Positions 8,684-17,365 of a stretch of 26,886 bases of DNA are shown here, piece by piece. Each line of letters begins with the position of its first letter. Within the stretch, counting starts at the first letter, position 1. The DNA lies in IMG/VR virus record IMGVR_UViG_3300012942_000037, positions 77,245-104,130 of that record; one strand, given 5' to 3'. The DNA comes from a virus. Lineage: Duplodnaviria > Heunggongvirae > Uroviricota > Caudoviricetes. The position numbers were made by a program, and so were the translations under genes. Under the pieces are notes generated by a model that did not search any database, had not been told where the DNA came from, and saw only the letters and a list, made by a program, of their open reading frames with translations.

Positions 8684-9328
8684 ATGACCAAGTTCGAGAA
8701 GAAGCTGCTAACCCTCCGCCAGCAGCTCATCGGTGCGCGTTATCATCATGCGCTCGCGGCTCTCGAATTTGCTATCCGTTACCACACAGGAACTCGCAAG
8801 GATGGTAAGACTCCTGAGTTCCAACACCAGGTAGAGATCGCGCTCTTTGCGCTCACTCTCCCCGATCTGATGTATAGGGAGGAGGTCATTGCTACTATCC
8901 TGCTTCACGATGTGCGTGAGGATTATGGCGTCTCGGATGGTGAGATCTCGGATCTCTTTTTCGAAGACTTGGCCTTTGCCCAACGGGTTTGCTCAGCGGT
9001 TTGGAATATGACCAAAGAATTCCGTGGTGTTAAGCGGGATGAGAAAGCCCTCTTTGATGCGATGAGTCAGGATCCTATTGCCTCTATTGCTAAGGGTTGT
9101 GATAGGATGCACAACCTCCAATCCATGGTCGGTGTGTTTAAGCTGGAGAAGCAGAAGGAGTATATCCAGGAGGTCTTCGATCTCTTCCTTCCGATGCTCA
9201 AGAAGGCTCGGCGGCTCTTCCCCCATCAGGTCCATGCTTACGAGCTTCTGAAGTTTGTGCTTCACGCGCAAATAGATTTGATTAAGTTTACATGGCCGAC
9301 TGAATCTGATCTGACCAACGATCAGTAG
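8684..9328 (+). CDS. RelA/SpoT-type HD hydrolase (small alarmone hydrolase/Mesh1-like)
   Basis: HTGTRKDGKTPEFQH, LLHDVRED, MTK and GCDRMHNL motifs are intact; SD AAGGAG before ATG 8684; promoter TTGACA at 8631. Confidence 0.85.
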   Translation: MTKFEKKLLTLRQQLIGARYHHALAALEFAIRYHTGTRKDGKTPEFQHQVEIALFALTLPDLMYREEVIATILLHDVREDYGVSDGEISDLFFEDLAFAQRVCSAVWNMTKEFRGVKRDEKALFDAMSQDPIASIAKGCDRMHNLQSMVGVFKLEKQKEYIQEVFDLFLPMLKKARRLFPHQVHAYELLKFVLHAQIDLIKFTWPTESDLTNDQ

Positions 9329-10295
9329 GCCAATCTATTTCTTCACCATCAAGAACAAGAATCACTTTATAACCGGCTGAAACGGCTGCGTTGAGCTTGA
9401 TCATGTTCTGCTGAAGTAACTCAATATTTTTACCAGTGTGCCACCAGGTCCACTGGCTTTTCACTTCGTACAGGACGTTACCGATTTGGAAGTCGGCCAA
9501 GTATGTTCTCGGTCCATTGAAGTTGTAACTAATGGCTGGTCCTCGTTTGATTGAAGCAATTGAACCAAGTTCAAATTCCTTCTTCTCAATGAAGGCGAGT
9601 TCAAATGATCCTTGGTAGTAAAGATGAGTGTCCTGATATCTCTTACATTCAATACCTTTACCCCAGCCTTTTAGGAAGGCGCGATCAAAACTATTCAAGC
9701 CATTCTCATCTATATCATTGATGCGGGTTTGAACTGCTTTTGCTCTTGATTCGGTATAAGGTATCACACCGAGTTCAACGCACCGTTTGATGTAAGAATC
9801 TTTTGCTCTTCGACCGTAAACTTGAGCGTTGGTTTGGATTTGGTCATCTGATAGTTGAGCCAGATGATCTGACATCCGAAGTTTTGCTCTTTCAAAACTG
9901 TTTAAGCCGTCATCACCTATGATAGATCTAGTTTCTCTCCATTTATCCAAGGCTGTCTCTTCGATGGATTTGCCGTTGATGATAGTTTCTTTCTTTGTTT
10001 TCACCATAGAAACGGCGGCCCTATGATAGCGATCAGGATCCTTAATCTTTGTATCCTTTCTAGTCTGTATGGCTTTCAGACGAGCTACTTCATAGACGTC
10101 TTGGCCTTGATCGTTTACAGATATTCTCTTGGCAGCCACTGATTTTTGGGCTCTGTCTCTATAGAATTCGGCTGATCTCTCTTGACTCTTTTTCATGGCC
10201 GGGCATTTACTGTGGTGACTTGAGCAACAGGCCTTACCATTACCTGAAACTCTGACGGCTTGCTGGCCACAGCCATAATCGCATATTCTTTTCAT
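9288..10295 (-). mobile_element. free-standing putative homing endonuclease, PD-(D/E)XK C-terminal domain
   Basis: N-terminal CDYGCG...CCSSHHSKCP Zn-like motif, internal GLNSF(E/D)RA repeats, C-terminal YQGSFE...YLADF...LYEVKS; opposite strand with its own late promoter (10300-10306). Confidence 0.75.
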
Positions 10296-10305
10296 AACCT
10301 ATTTA

Positions 10306-10383
10306 GCCTACGAGAATATCAAACACATACTGTCGAGCCAAATTGAACTCATTCAGGCCGTTCACCAAGCAACTGAATCCTAG
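10306..10383 (+). pseudogene. orphan duplicate of the HD hydrolase 3' end (AYENIKHILSSQIELIQAVHQATES*)
   Basis: Aligns with the HD C-terminus AYELLKFVLHAQIDLI (9 of 16 identical); no start codon or SD; in-frame stop at 10381-10383. Confidence 0.75.
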
Positions 10384-10399
10384 AATATAGACAGCAAGG

Positions 10400-10428
10400 G
10401 GAGCGTTCTCATACAAAGAGGACGCTCC
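10400..10428 (+). terminator. hairpin after the orphan HD tail (processing site or weak terminator)
   Basis: GGAGCGTTCTC-ATACAAA-GAGGACGCTCC; no U-tract. Confidence 0.4.
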
Positions 10429-10470
10429 AGTCATATCAGCTGAGCCAGATCGAACAAACTGGTAAGGCAT

Positions 10471-11169
10471 ATGACTGATACAACTGATAATCTCATCGAT
10501 CTGGGTGATTACAAAGGGCGGCGTGAATCGCTGAGCTTCTACTCATTCTTGAAGAGTGATTCAACCGCATCTCATTACAAAGCACTCAAAGATGACATCG
10601 AAGGTAAGCTCTCTAGGGGTGAACCAGTTTATGTGACCTTCCATGATGATCGCCGGTCGAATTCAGTAGGTAGGATCAAATCCTGTAACATTCGGTGGGA
10701 AGAGAGTCAGCGGCGCAGATCCTATTGGGATCCGAACAGCACCTGTGATACCTACATCTATGCTGGTATTGATAACATTGAGATAGTCTGGGATGGCCGA
10801 AAGAATAAGGTCAAACCTCGGGCCAATGAACTCACATATCTTCCTGATTGGTCAGGTGGTACACAGTGGTATTGGGAGCAGACAGTCAGGGAGAAGGAAG
10901 ATCCAATCATCGCATATGACCATCTGGGTCAGGAACTCGAGGTAGGCCAGCATGTTTGTTTCGTTCATCGTCAGTATGGTAGAACTTCGATGAAGTTCGG
11001 TACGGTGACTCGATTTACCCGCAAGGGTAGCGTCTTCGTCAAGACAATGAAACTCAGAGATGGTCAGAGAGGCGGCGAGGAACTTAAAGCCCTTTCAATG
11101 GATGATGTCGTAATCGTCAATGATGCTCTGATGAAGCGCTTGACCCTGGCTAAGCTGAAGGCAGTTTGA
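10471..11169 (+). CDS. hypothetical protein, SH3/KOW-like beta barrels; paralog of the next gene
   Basis: Shares RGEP.YV, SVGR, WDGR.NKV and D.LG..L..G with 11172. Confidence 0.8.
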   Translation: MTDTTDNLIDLGDYKGRRESLSFYSFLKSDSTASHYKALKDDIEGKLSRGEPVYVTFHDDRRSNSVGRIKSCNIRWEESQRRRSYWDPNSTCDTYIYAGIDNIEIVWDGRKNKVKPRANELTYLPDWSGGTQWYWEQTVREKEDPIIAYDHLGQELEVGQHVCFVHRQYGRTSMKFGTVTRFTRKGSVFVKTMKLRDGQRGGEELKALSMDDVVIVNDALMKRLTLAKLKAV

Positions 11170-11171
11170 TC

Positions 11172-11891
11172 ATGACCAAGTCAATTCCTCTATCGCGATA
11201 CCAATGGCGCGCTCAATCACCCGTTCCTAATAATTGGGCCGATGAGATGGCTGAAATGGTAAAGGCCTATATCAGGGGTGAACCAATCTTCGTTGGTTTT
11301 GATCCAGTAGCTGAACCAAAGCGAATTGGTTCGGTTGGTCGCCTATACATCAGTTCTGAATGTATTCAGAACCTCCTTTATGGATCCTACAACCATTTTC
11401 GTTACGCACAGAGGGAAACCCGCCCTCTGTTGAAACCTGAAGAATCTCTGATCAAGCCAGAAACTTTCAAAATGATCATCTTGGATGGTCATGTGAAATG
11501 GGATGGTAGATCCAACAAGGTCAACATCGGTTCAGCCTATTCAGTGAATTGGTTGAAAGGTTATGATGCTTCCAAGGGGACAATTTGGAAGTGGGCTAAG
11601 CCCGATGATCCACCTGCTATCACACCTAAGGATAAGCTGGGTCGAGACATCACCAAGGGTGATTTCATCTCCTACATCCTATACCACTTTGACAACAAGT
11701 ACAATGCGGCTGGTATCTACTACGGCAAGGTGACTAAGATTGAGAATGATGGCACGGTCTGGGCCAAGAATATCAAGCTCTCCGAGAAGGACAAAGTGGC
11801 TGAGAAGCGTATTAAGGATAACAGCCTGATCGTCATCATGACTAAGGATCTCATGGATAAACTCATGATGGCACGGCTCTCTATCTTGTAA
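11172..11891 (+). CDS. hypothetical protein, tandem paralog of 10471
   Basis: Same motif series as 10471; ATG 11172 chosen over TTG 11166. Confidence 0.8.
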   Translation: MTKSIPLSRYQWRAQSPVPNNWADEMAEMVKAYIRGEPIFVGFDPVAEPKRIGSVGRLYISSECIQNLLYGSYNHFRYAQRETRPLLKPEESLIKPETFKMIILDGHVKWDGRSNKVNIGSAYSVNWLKGYDASKGTIWKWAKPDDPPAITPKDKLGRDITKGDFISYILYHFDNKYNAAGIYYGKVTKIENDGTVWAKNIKLSEKDKVAEKRIKDNSLIVIMTKDLMDKLMMARLSIL

Positions 11892-11944
11892 TTGATTGAC
11901 ATGGTCTCTTCTGGGCGTATTGTCAGTGGGGTAAAGGAGATGCT

Positions 11945-12238
11945 ATGAAGAAGCTTCTACTCTTCCTGCCCTTGGTTGCTCTTGTGGCATGTGATCCCTT
12001 GGTCACCGATGGTGATCTTAAGGCCCGCCTTGAAGCACTTGGCTTCTCGAAAGTCATGATTCAACCGGCCCGACTCAATTGTGGTCGGTTTGGCCAGGGG
12101 AAGAGGTTCCTTGGTTCTAATAAGCAAGGTCAGGTGGTTCTCGGTCAGATTTGCTATCTCAAGGCTGCTCGTGACGTTCAGTATAAGGTGGATATTCTGA
12201 GCACAATGACCCCTATTCCTGACAGGGCTTCACAGTGA
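11945..12238 (+). CDS. putative lipoprotein
   Basis: MKKLLLFLPLVALVA-C lipobox; SD AAGGAG; promoter TTGACA at 11896. Confidence 0.75.
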   Translation: MKKLLLFLPLVALVACDPLVTDGDLKARLEALGFSKVMIQPARLNCGRFGQGKRFLGSNKQGQVVLGQICYLKAARDVQYKVDILSTMTPIPDRASQ

Positions 12239-12450
12239 CTGAAGGAACACAGAAACCCTCGAAAGGCAAGGTGAACTGGTATTGGCTGATTGTGGTTTTG
12301 GTGGTGGGTATGCGTCTTGGTATGGACGTTCAGCATCATATGGATCTTAAGGTTATGAGCATCATGGGTGACACGATCGACAAGTGTGTTGACTTCATGG
12401 AACAACTGAACCAAGGTGCCCAGGATAGTGACACCTATCATTTGATTTAA
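12235..12450 (+). CDS. small membrane protein
   Basis: One hydrophobic segment WYWLIVVLVVGM; coupled to the lipoprotein gene. Confidence 0.65.
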   Translation: MTEGTQKPSKGKVNWYWLIVVLVVGMRLGMDVQHHMDLKVMSIMGDTIDKCVDFMEQLNQGAQDSDTYHLI

Positions 12451-12488
12451 TTGACGCAGCCGTCCACACCTTATAAGTAATTGATATT

Positions 12489-12576
12489 GGACGGGTGGGT
12501 GAGAGGCTGAAACCACCGGTTTGCTAAACCGACGAACCGAAAGGTTCCGCGGGTTCGAATCCCGCCTCGTCCGCCA
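12489..12576 (+). tRNA. tRNA-Ser(GCT), CCA encoded
   Basis: GGACGGG/CTCGTCC acceptor, loop TT-GCT-AA, long V arm, GGTTCGAATCC, G73; own promoter TTGACG at 12451. Confidence 0.95.
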
Positions 12577-12577
12577 A

Positions 12578-12616
12578 ATGGCCCGTAGCCTAGATCGAAA
12601 GTCAGGCACGGGCCAT
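12578..12616 (+). other. stable stem-loop between tRNA-Ser and the next start codon
   Basis: ATGGCCCGT/ACGGGCCAT plus GCCT/AGGC. Confidence 0.6.
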
Positions 12617-12620
12617 AGTC

Positions 12621-13085
12621 ATGAATGAACTACATTTCCCCTTGAGGGTCCTTGAAAACGAGGATGGAACTGTAACCCTTCTGGTTTCTCATGAAGATAA
12701 CCACTCCTGGGGTTCAGCAAAAGCGGCGCAGACCGAGCAGCGTGATAAGACACGTAGGTTCTGTAATTGGATTCGCAAGCAATATCCTCACATACCAACT
12801 GAATTTCGGTATCTAGGTAAGAAACAGGTTCGCGATGTTCGGAGCCGTTGGTGTACTCGTTTCCGAGTCGTCAATACGGATAAGCATTTCGTAGCCTACA
12901 ACATGGCTAAGAATGAACTCCTGATGATCAAGCTGGCTTGGACCTTTAAGACTCAGAAAGCAGAGTTATCCGGGGATAGGCATGAACCTGGCATTTACGT
13001 GATTGGGCTTGATGAGGTGAAACCAACACCAGCTCTAGTTGGCCGTATTGCGAATAAGACCAAAGCCAAGTTGGTGAAGCTATGA
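12621..13085 (+). CDS. hypothetical protein; paralog of the next gene
   Basis: Shares TLL.SH, TR.F..W.R....I.TEFR, HFVAY and KLA with 13082. Confidence 0.8.
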   Translation: MNELHFPLRVLENEDGTVTLLVSHEDNHSWGSAKAAQTEQRDKTRRFCNWIRKQYPHIPTEFRYLGKKQVRDVRSRWCTRFRVVNTDKHFVAYNMAKNELLMIKLAWTFKTQKAELSGDRHEPGIYVIGLDEVKPTPALVGRIANKTKAKLVKL

Positions 13086-13534
13086 GTGGTTTGAATGAGC
13101 TCAGCTACAAACTGAAGTATGCGCGTAATCCAAACGGCAATTATACCTTGCTGATTAGCCATCCTAATGGTACGGCAAACAAACGGTATGATAACCAGTA
13201 TCGTGAGAGGCAACTTCAGAATCGAGCCAGAACTCGTGAATTTGTGAAGTGGTTTCGAAGAACTTTCAAACATATCCAGACCGAGTTCAGAGGTCTATCT
13301 TCTAATCATTGGTATGACTCAAAGCGGCATTTCGTAGCCTACGAGGTGCCTCCTAAGGATTTCATGTTCCTCAAATTAGCCAAAGAAACAGAGATGAGTG
13401 AACTGGCTATTGGTTATAAGAGCAATGGCCAACTTGGTCAGGATTATATCTATGAGAACCACACTCGACCCTCAGAAGAGCTGCTAGCTCGCCTTGGTAA
13501 GAATTCAGCCACTATCCCCTGTAGGGCCTTTTGA
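13082..13534 (+). CDS. hypothetical protein, tandem paralog of 12621
   Basis: Same motif series; ATGA overlap with 12621. Confidence 0.8.
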   Translation: MSGLNELSYKLKYARNPNGNYTLLISHPNGTANKRYDNQYRERQLQNRARTREFVKWFRRTFKHIQTEFRGLSSNHWYDSKRHFVAYEVPPKDFMFLKLAKETEMSELAIGYKSNGQLGQDYIYENHTRPSEELLARLGKNSATIPCRAF

Positions 13535-13627
13535 CGACCCGTAACAATCTTGCGTTAAAGGCGCTTGATAGGCCATCATAGAAGTGCTTTGTTTTGTGAT
13601 GCTGCTAACCTTGATATGGAGGACCTA

Positions 13628-13990
13628 ATGGCAGAACCTCAACACCCCGCAATCGTCGACGCAATAGAAAGCAGGCTCCAAGTCTGCTTTCGCTATCATA
13701 GCGAGAATTCCTCGACTGACGAGCCAACTGAGCGAATAGTCGAACCTTGGATCTACGGTTCCAAGAACGGCAAGGAATCGCTCTATGGTTACCAGGTCAG
13801 CGGCGGATCGCCGGGGATGAAGAGGTTTGACATGCGACGAGTCAAACACGTTAATCTGAATGGCGAGCATATTGAAAACCATCCACCGAAGGTTGCTGAT
13901 GTGACCAAATGGGATAACATATGGGCTTCTCATGGAACTGATATGGTTCTACAAACCGTCAAGAGCCCAACGGATGCTATAGCGCTTTAG
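13628..13990 (+). CDS. stand-alone WYL-domain protein
   Basis: AIESRLQVCFRY...ERIVEPWIYG...LYGYQ...KRFDMRRV; SD GGAGG before ATG 13628; no HTH. Confidence 0.8.
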   Translation: MAEPQHPAIVDAIESRLQVCFRYHSENSSTDEPTERIVEPWIYGSKNGKESLYGYQVSGGSPGMKRFDMRRVKHVNLNGEHIENHPPKVADVTKWDNIWASHGTDMVLQTVKSPTDAIAL

Positions 13991-14047
13991 AGCTCCAAGA
14001 GAGGCAAATGGAGTTAGATGGGGTTGGGCCTGTCTGGCTCCATTTGT

Positions 14048-14075
14048 TTGACAGGGTGGTCACCCTGTCATAGAG
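14048..14075 (+). promoter_or_regulatory. sigma70 promoter with embedded perfect inverted repeat
   Basis: TTGACA -35 inside TGACAGGGTG-GT-CACCCTGTCA (14049-14070). Confidence 0.65.
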
Positions 14076-14082
14076 CAGCCAT

Positions 14083-14649
14083 ATGACTATTGGAATTGGC
14101 ATACACCTGCCCCACAGTTGGGCTAAGAAGCGCTCCATGAAATGGTTCTCGAGTTGGACTCACGGTAAGCTCACCGAGAATAAGGCATGGGAATGGCAGA
14201 CCGATTATTTCGGTTGGAACACCCTATTCAGCCTTGACCTGGATCTGATACCCACGGGGTATGATCACGCAGGTATTGGTTTCAGCCTTACCATTCTGGG
14301 CTTCATGGTTGAAGCTAAGATCTACGATTCTCGACATTGGGATTATGAGAATGGCACCTGGGAGAAGTATGACGAGGAGTCTATGAAGGCTCGCATGTCA
14401 CGCGACGACCAACGTCGTGCTGATGAACTCGATCATGCCTACCGATTGGTTAAGGCTGATGGTCACCAGCAGGTGCTGAAGAGTGCCGAAGAATTCCTCG
14501 AATCTCCTCAGGGACAGGCTCTGATCGACCGTAAGGTCAAGGCAAAGCTCGAGGAACAGCGACAGAGCAAAGACGCCAAACGTGCTCGTGGAGAAGCCTA
14601 CAGAAGGGCTAATCTTGCTTCTCAGGCTGGAGATTCTGATGCTGGTTGA
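14083..14649 (+). CDS. hypothetical protein (Trp-rich N-half, charged C-half)
   Basis: ORF directly after the promoter; coupled to the ARH gene. Confidence 0.75.
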   Translation: MTIGIGIHLPHSWAKKRSMKWFSSWTHGKLTENKAWEWQTDYFGWNTLFSLDLDLIPTGYDHAGIGFSLTILGFMVEAKIYDSRHWDYENGTWEKYDEESMKARMSRDDQRRADELDHAYRLVKADGHQQVLKSAEEFLESPQGQALIDRKVKAKLEEQRQSKDAKRARGEAYRRANLASQAGDSDAG

Positions 14650-15532
14650 GATGGCTGTGGCTGATGCCTATGCTATCGCCTGGGAATTCACTGACCAGCA
14701 AAAGGCCGAGAACGATCTAACTGGCTTCCATCAGCATCCTACCTATGCTGAACTCAAAGCGGGTCAATATACTGACGATACCCAGCGATCGATCGCAAAT
14801 GCCCAAGTTCTGCTGGGTCCACCTGAGAATCGTTTCAATCCACTGATCTATGCCCAGGCTTACTTGGAGCAGGTTCGTATGGACCCCAGGGAGGGATATT
14901 CACGCGGTTATCAGGCCTTCCTCAAGAGCGTCAACCACCCTTTGGATTTTCTGGTTCAGATCGAGCGCACCAAGACTAGTAATGGTTCTCTGATGGGTGT
15001 CGCACCCATGGGCTTTCTTCCAGACCTTCGTGAGGTCAAGCTGGCTGCGATGATCCAGGCCATAACTACCCATCATCCAGATACCGTGATCCATGCCCAG
15101 CTGGTGGCAATGGCTGTTCACTATTTCACACATTGCCAGGGTGATCAAGATGGCTTGATCCAGTGGTTACTTACCAATGCGGCGTTCGCGAATACTAGTC
15201 AGGCTGATAGCTGGCTAAGGGACGTTGAGGGTTTCAAGCATGGCGGGCGCACTGGTATAAAGGCCAGCAGCATCAGCGCCTGGATGGCATGGGCAGTTAG
15301 TGAGTTCACGAGCTTGAAGGAGATCATCTACTGGTCTGTCGAGGCCGGTGGTGACACTGACAGCGCGGCGGCAGTCGCGGTAGCCGTAGCAAGCTGCGCA
15401 CCCGATGACGAGATTGAAAAGGATATTCCGGAGAATCTGAAGGTAGCTCTCGATGCTGCTAACCCTGGGTTTGGTGTGGAATACCTCAACACCATCGAGC
15501 ATAAGCTGCGTCTGATGTATAAGATAGGTTGA
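14639..15532 (+). CDS. ADP-ribosylglycohydrolase (ARH/DraG family)
   Basis: AVADA...WEF, YTDDTQ, SNGSLMGVAP, THH and GGDTDSAAAVA motifs; SD GGAG before ATG 14639. Confidence 0.92.
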   Translation: MLVEMAVADAYAIAWEFTDQQKAENDLTGFHQHPTYAELKAGQYTDDTQRSIANAQVLLGPPENRFNPLIYAQAYLEQVRMDPREGYSRGYQAFLKSVNHPLDFLVQIERTKTSNGSLMGVAPMGFLPDLREVKLAAMIQAITTHHPDTVIHAQLVAMAVHYFTHCQGDQDGLIQWLLTNAAFANTSQADSWLRDVEGFKHGGRTGIKASSISAWMAWAVSEFTSLKEIIYWSVEAGGDTDSAAAVAVAVASCAPDDEIEKDIPENLKVALDAANPGFGVEYLNTIEHKLRLMYKIG

Positions 15533-15563
15533 CGCCATACCTCACCTGTCTTAGATTGGTGGA

Positions 15564-16049
15564 ATGGCAAAGATGATCATCCTCATTGGACCGCCTGCTA
15601 GCGGTAAATCCACCTGGCGTGAGAAGTTCCTCGCTAGTCAGACCGGTGAATGGGTGATCGCGTCGACTGATGATCTTGTGGAGGCATGGGCGGCTGAACG
15701 CGGTCTGACCTACAATGAAGCCCACCCCAAGGCGCCTTGGGGTGATTTCAACAAGACGTTCAAGTATGCGGTTCGTGATGCCGTGGCGGCTGGTAAAAAC
15801 ATCATCATCGACCGAACCTCGATGAGTGTGAAGAACCGCAAGGACTACTTCAAGAACCTCCCCGAAGGGTATGAGGTTGAGGCAGTGGTCTTTGTTGTTC
15901 CTCAGCCTGAACTAGAACGTCGTATGAAAGAGCGCTTCGCAGTAACTGGTAAGAGTGTGCCGCATGTTGCGCTGTTGGCTATGAATAAGCGCTATCAAGC
16001 CCCTACCAAGGAGGAGGGCTTCCACCAGATCACTTACGTGAGGCCGTAA
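15564..16049 (+). CDS. P-loop kinase, polynucleotide-kinase/AAA_33-like
   Basis: IILIGPPASGKSTW, STDD, IIIDRTS..VKNR; promoter TTGACG-N17-TAGATT (15529-15557) ends 6 nt before ATG. Confidence 0.85.
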   Translation: MAKMIILIGPPASGKSTWREKFLASQTGEWVIASTDDLVEAWAAERGLTYNEAHPKAPWGDFNKTFKYAVRDAVAAGKNIIIDRTSMSVKNRKDYFKNLPEGYEVEAVVFVVPQPELERRMKERFAVTGKSVPHVALLAMNKRYQAPTKEEGFHQITYVRP

Positions 16050-16692
16050 GTCGAGTGCCATCTGGCCCGTAGAGCGGGTCACCCTGATTCGCTGAAAAGC
16101 GAGCTGAGTCGTCCCCATAGCTTCCTGAGAGCAATGGTGGACGACCTTCAGCATCTAGTGTATTGCCAAATTTGGCGGCCTGTCTTTGAATCTCACCAGG
16201 TTGTACATCAACAGTCGTATTGACATTTGGAACAATCACGCCCCATTCGTTAACCTGATTCTTAGGCTCAATTTGGAAGACCGTATCAGTGCCGGCTTTG
16301 TGGGTCGAGACCTGCCAACCTAACTCCTTAGCAATCATATCGGAGAACCTCCTATACAATTTGGAGCGGCTAGCTTCCTTGGCGGAGAATCGGATTGGTG
16401 CCAATGGGTTGTGTTTGAAGAAATCCCTTATAATGTCAGCCACTGTAGCGAATACCTTGAATTGGTTTCCCGCTCCACTGATATCAAGCCCACTCTCCTT
16501 ACTAGCAAACATGATGTCAATGACATCCAGACCATCTCCAAAAGAGATAGTTACGTCAATACGGTCACCATCCGGGTAGAAAGAAGCTATCCAGCCATGC
16601 GGTCTCTTAATGACCCAATCCCAAGCAAGGGGTTGGTTCAATAGTTCATCTAAGCGGTCAGATCTTGGTGATAGGAGTTCCCAGAGTTTCAT
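16030..16692 (-). CDS. late hypothetical protein with capsid-targeting-like N-terminus (MKLWELL)
   Basis: Co-oriented 3 nt after the 16696 gene; SGAGNQFKVFATV...FSA.E.SR.KLY module plus a C-terminal VNTTVDV...QAAKFG module. Confidence 0.8.
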   Translation of the reverse strand: MKLWELLSPRSDRLDELLNQPLAWDWVIKRPHGWIASFYPDGDRIDVTISFGDGLDVIDIMFASKESGLDISGAGNQFKVFATVADIIRDFFKHNPLAPIRFSAKEASRSKLYRRFSDMIAKELGWQVSTHKAGTDTVFQIEPKNQVNEWGVIVPNVNTTVDVQPGEIQRQAAKFGNTLDAEGRPPLLSGSYGDDSARFSANQGDPLYGPDGTRLTASRK

Positions 16693-16695
16693 AGA

Positions 16696-17265
16696 TCAGG
16701 CCGCCTTTGTTTGCTCGGAATCGTTGGCCTCTTGGTCATAGTTCCGATTAGGGTCATAGAGTTCGCCCTCACTATCATAAAGCGGATGTATCCTCTTTGA
16801 CGGGTCCCTCGTATAATCGGTGGTTGATACCCATTTGACCTTTATCGCACTTGCTGGAATATCACCTGAATCGGTCCATACTGCTCCAATAGGCGTATTG
16901 GATGCGCTATCTTTGTGGAATTCAAATCCATCAAGTTTCGAGGTATCTATCTCAAATACGGTGAATGGTATGAGGAAGTCAGGCCGTATCATGCTAATGG
17001 TCTTATTGTGAAGTTCGGCCAAGACCGACTTCATATAGTTTTCAATAACCTTAGCATCAAAGCGTTCGAAGAAGTAGATTCGGTCTTTGTAACTCTCAAT
17101 GCCGAGATCCTGGGCTATTTCAATATCATAATCGCTGAAATGCTTTGGCCAATCCTTTGTTGATCGTTTCAACCCATTGGTCATGATATTAGTCTGATTA
17201 ACGGCGTCAGACGCATGGTAGAGAAACCTCGATTCTGTTTCGGATATGATCTCACTCCAACGCAT
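16696..17265 (-). CDS. ADP-ribosyltransferase-fold protein (Tpt1/KptA-like), late, MRWSEIISE N-terminus
   Basis: LYHAS...NI...GLK, RIYFF, VFEIDTSKL, F.KD, AVWT...IPASAI; CTAAATA at 17271-17277 overlaps the track ATG, so the second ATG (17265) is used. Confidence 0.65.
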   Translation of the reverse strand: MRWSEIISETESRFLYHASDAVNQTNIMTNGLKRSTKDWPKHFSDYDIEIAQDLGIESYKDRIYFFERFDAKVIENYMKSVLAELHNKTISMIRPDFLIPFTVFEIDTSKLDGFEFHKDSASNTPIGAVWTDSGDIPASAIKVKWVSTTDYTRDPSKRIHPLYDSEGELYDPNRNYDQEANDSEQTKAA

Positions 17266-17278
17266 ATCCATATTTAGT

Positions 17279-17307
17279 TTGACATCTAAGCCAATCCCCC
17301 GTATATT
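17279..17307 (+). promoter_or_regulatory. sigma70 promoter, back-to-back with a minus-strand late promoter
   Basis: TTGACA-N17-TATATT. Confidence 0.7.
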
Positions 17308-17365
17308 GGATCTATGACCAGACAGAGACCCCTACCAAGGCGCTAAATACTTCGCGCCCCTGCCC

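Noticed and set aside
11945-12450. Spanin pair
   Set aside because: The order is reversed, the membrane protein is too short, and the promoter is early-type with no lysis genes nearby.
12577-12620. tRNA-associated HDV-like (theta) ribozyme after tRNA-Ser or tRNA-Asn
   Set aside because: Only simple stem-loops found; the nested double pseudoknot and J4/2 cytosine could not be built.
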